The notes beneath the pieces are model-generated. The model was not told the DNA's origin. It saw nothing but the letters and a program-made list of their open reading frames with translations, and searched no databases. A stretch of 49,337 nt of DNA, counting the filler, from Catajapyx aquilonaris (taxonomy: Eukaryota), in the NCBI GenBank assembly GCA_000934665.2. It is 2 parts of 2 records of this genome, joined end to end, with 100 filler letters (N's around TTAATTAATTAA, not from the genome) between each part and the next. Parts side by side here need not be neighbours in the genome. Positions count along the whole stretch, not along the records: positions 24,716 to 49,337 come from JYFJ02005479.1; 1 more part is not named here. The stretch is one strand, 5' to 3'. This document shows positions 45,623-49,337 of this stretch, piece after piece. A program made the translations under genes and the position numbers. Each line of letters begins with the position of its first letter. The stretch's first letter is position 1.

Positions 45623-48496
45623 TGTTGCTATATTCAGCCAACAAATTGAGACGTTAGCCATTTGACCTCCAATTCCCACGAAATGACCTAGGTCTTCAGC
45701 TATTCAGGCCACTATTGAAGTACAAAAAAAAGCGGAGGAACGTTGAATATAAAAAAAAACGCCCATATCTAACGTGATTATTCAGGCGTCCACTCAAAGG
45801 CGGCAGGGCGCGCATTTTCCAGAAAGCATATACCCCCTCAATTCCACACCCCCCCCCCTCTACCCCCTACCCTCCATCCTTTTTCTCGGTAAAAAGCCGC
45901 ACAAAATGGTCCAATTTGGAGCGCCTTCCAGAATCTGCTGGAATCTGTCTTCTCCCACCCCCTCCTCCCCCATTTTCTCTCTTTTCTGGAAGCCTGCCTG
46001 AAGGAAGACGAAGACGTTGCATTAGCAGTTGGGCTGTCCAGATGGATTGGGTTTAGATTGGATTCTGCCAAGCCCGGGATAAATTTTTGTTCGTTTTTTT
46101 TTCGTTTTTTTTTTGAGGAGGAGGCTGAGGGCAGATCCCAATTTTTGGTGTATGCTTGACTGTGAGGTAGAGTGTGAGAGAGGGTTTCGCATATTTAAAT
46201 GTGTGGAGTATATGGGGATGAAAAGGTGTAGCATCTTGTGGGTGCTCATCCCTAACCTTTTCTCTGATGGGTTGGAAAGATGGGCGGGTATGACGTGGGG
46301 ATACCCATGGGAAGCGGCATATGTTGCTTTTTAGCATATCCGGTGCCTATTCAGATCGGTTAATTTAGGCCCATTTGGGTAGGTAGGGACGGCTACCGGT
46401 ACAGGGTGCAAGGGAAGCACTTAAAGGTATTGTGTAATCTGGGAGGCAAAAAAAAAATCATGGATGCTGTATCGAAAATGATCAGTTCCCGTGGCTGATA
46501 CCTGCGGCAGTGGTTCAGGGAAAGTGCACTTTGCTAAGTTAATATCATCTCGGCGGAGCTAAAAGTCTTCCATGAGCCAATCAGCTGTGACTTTGAAAAC
46601 AAAGTTTGCCGTGAGTGAATCCCAGTGGGGCAGGAAAACTTGCAAGGAGCAACGTGTCTCAATATAGGTATAGGTGTAGGATAATATTTGACGTTATTAT
46701 TGATACGAGTGGATAATTAGAGTTATACCACATTAATATTGCAGTATGAATTTTTTACAAGTTATTGTTTTAATGTGAAAAGTTTACGCCTTGTGGGTCT
46801 GATTTCAAACAATTTTACATTGCCAACATAATGTTTCGCGACAATATTCAACAATAAATTGGACATTCATTTAATGTAATGGATACAAAAACTTCAGTCA
46901 TTTACTCGAAAGTAGAATCCTTATTGCGTGACTGATTTAACTATATTAAGGTAAAAATACTGATAGCCACCAGCACAAACATGGGTTATTATCTCCCGGT
47001 TGCGTGATTGACAGTATATGAACAAAAAATTGAACTTCATTTACTATCAGTACATTGCAGTGAAGTGTAGTACTGTACGAGGCCGCTCTGATTTACGTAC
47101 ATTTAAGGCATGCTCTTGTTTCAGTAAAAATGTTTCGTCATTTAGAACAGTTCATGAATAACAAATAAAAACTCCAGGCACGCCATAAGACTTTTAGGGC
47201 CGGTTGTATATTATGTATAATGGATAGTAAACGAGGAGTAAGTTGTTTACCATTTACTCTCAATCACGCAATCAGCCCTATATGGAGTTAGCGAGATTTA
47301 AATGCCGTATTTAGGAAGACCATGCATGCTATCATTACCCTGTGGCTGTCTTTTTACTACGGCGTAACTTACACCATTGAGGTTCTTCTTTTGTGTAGCT
47401 TATTGCACAACATATTTTGCATAGTTATTTGCGAATGACTTCAAAAAGTATAGTCATTATCTAGAGTTTCGACACACGAAGTCTCAATGATTTGTAATAA
47501 TTATATTACTGAATTTCCATATGCCTTAGTAACATTGTACGGTTCCGGCTTTATTGATGGGCAAAGTACAATTTTAGTGTCGCTCATGAGTCAATAAATT
47601 GTAAATCTAATGATACACTAAATAAAATAAAAGACCAGCAATAAGTATACTGCTTTTATGACCCACAATTTGTTGTGTTTGGCGCACGTATACTGGTATA
47701 GCAACAAATGTGGTAGACAAAATCTACGGATTTTTCTGAAAATGCCTAGTCTACGAAGTGGAACGTGACAAAAATTGGCGGCTGTATCGTGATGTTCTCC
47801 ACCTCTATTTTCGTTATATTATCTTTGGCACATAGATTTCGTTTGATATAGTCACCTCTACCTATAGCTCAGGATGCATGTAAAATTGAGTCATCAGCAT
47901 TTACGATACTGACAGTGAGTATTGTTGGAGCTTAATTCCCGGAGTGTCTTCAGGAAGCAAAGAGGTGTTGTCACATTGTTCAATCTCTAATGATCTTATT
48001 AAATAGAGGTTCAAATTAACAATATGACACTAAAATCAGTCATAAATATTAAAGTCAAAATTCTGGCAGGTTTCTAGAATATTATATTCTCATTTCTAGT
48101 GTGAATAAATTGCAAATTCTCAACTTTTAACTCAGAATTTTTCGCTATTAAGTCAACAGTATTTAAAAACTGAGTTTTACTTGTTCATCTAATATTATAA
48201 TGAACGATTTCCAACAAGAATTATCGTGCCTCGCAACAAAATCAATTTTTTCAATCTTTTTGAGACACTGTTGTGATTTTTCCTGACATTACGAAACACT
48301 TTTTCACTCGACCTGTGAAACCCGAGTGATACAAGTACACAGTACAAAAAATTACATGAATATCCTCTCGTTCTGCCTAAGTCACCAACCAATTTCCATT
48401 GAGGGGAAAACACCCGTTGGAATTGCATACTTTTCATTATTATTTTTGGTATGGAATTACACAATGGTGTTGGAGGGATGATGTACAGTAGGCCTA

Positions 48497-48579
48497 TACT
48501 ATATCGCTCAAAAAGATGGAGACGATTTTGCATTTGGTTTCAGTGCAAAATCGTCTCCACCTTTTTGATCGATATAGTA
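48497..48579. mobile_element. Mini-MITE / hairpin with 36-bp arms and TA ends
   Basis: TACTATATCG.TCAAAAAG.TGGAGACGATTTTGCA is mirrored with 2 mismatches around an 11-nt spacer. Confidence 0.8.
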
Positions 48580-49337
48580 CAGTACCGTACCATGCATTGC
48601 GGCACAAAATAATATCGCAACCGTACAGTGCAAGCTCAGCTGACATATACCTCACCCTTTGGGATGCTTGAACGCCAGAGGTAAGCCGAATAGCGCATTA
48701 TAAACAGAAATAGGTGAACATTCCATTCCGTTGAGCAGCCATTTAATTGAGAACCGTCCCTGCAGATATCTATTCACAAATGTGGTGGTCTGGAACTTGA
48801 CATCGCAATTGATCAAATTATCCGCGACAGTATAACTACGAAGGTAATTGATGAATTCTGCGGGAAACCACCGTTTTACGTTAGTTACCGACGCTCAAGG
48901 GGAACATAGTGCCCTTATATGCCTAACTTATGCGATCATTACACTTGAGGCTTCTACAGCGCGTGACTAATCAGCAAGCCGGTATACCCGCAATACAACA
49001 CTGTAAGTCCATGTAAATATTTCAAAGGCAAGGTCGTATAGTAAACACGCGTTAGACGTAGCATCAAATATCTGGAACCGTTGGACACGTTTGGACCTGA
49101 AGCTTCTCTAGCAGGTTTGTGGCCATGTAAATAAAAGGCTGAGTGGCACACTGTAGACTTACTAAGCTGTGATGATCAAAAGCAGGCTAAACCAGACCAG
49201 ACCGACCTTCCCCTTTTCCAAGGGTCAGAGTGTACGAACATGCAACGCATCCGAATCGTATCGGTTATTCACCCTTACGCCAAACGACACGGAAGTCGTA
49301 TTTTGCCGCGGACTTGAAAATGCTGATTCCCCCCCCC

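Noticed and set aside
21007..49337. Core LDB exons (RRH..Y, ELNKRLQ, WWDAF..EFFEDD) on either strand
   Set aside because: Looked for by eye and in the ORF track and not found; presumably beyond the window or in the gap. A microexon could have been missed.

Overview
Eukaryotic (metazoan, most likely arthropod) genomic DNA; no prokaryotic features. (1) A complete, compact four-exon RMND5/GID2 gene (CTLH-complex E3 ligase subunit, 391 aa) lies on the minus strand at 2947-4339. (2) Head-to-head with it is the 5' part of a very large plus-strand gene I identify as Chip/LDB (LIM-domain-binding protein). Only two Pro/Gly/Gln-rich N-terminal exons (about 19.4-19.7 kb and 20424-21006, ending ERLDQG) are visible; I found no core LDB exons in the window. 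(3) The rest is probably intron, containing tRNA-derived SINEs, several MITE families, perfect hairpins, microsatellites and a 100-nt assembly gap with an artificial six-frame-stop linker. The most interesting points are an unresolved Chip start (a CUG in a perfect Kozak context versus a weak alternative acceptor), candidate alternative first mini-exons and a recursive splice site in the long intron, a MITE carrying paired CRE sites, a palindrome with one arm expanded nine-fold, and a possible antisense 22-aa micropeptide. I found no convincing new multi-gene system. Protein comparisons are from memory, not database searches.
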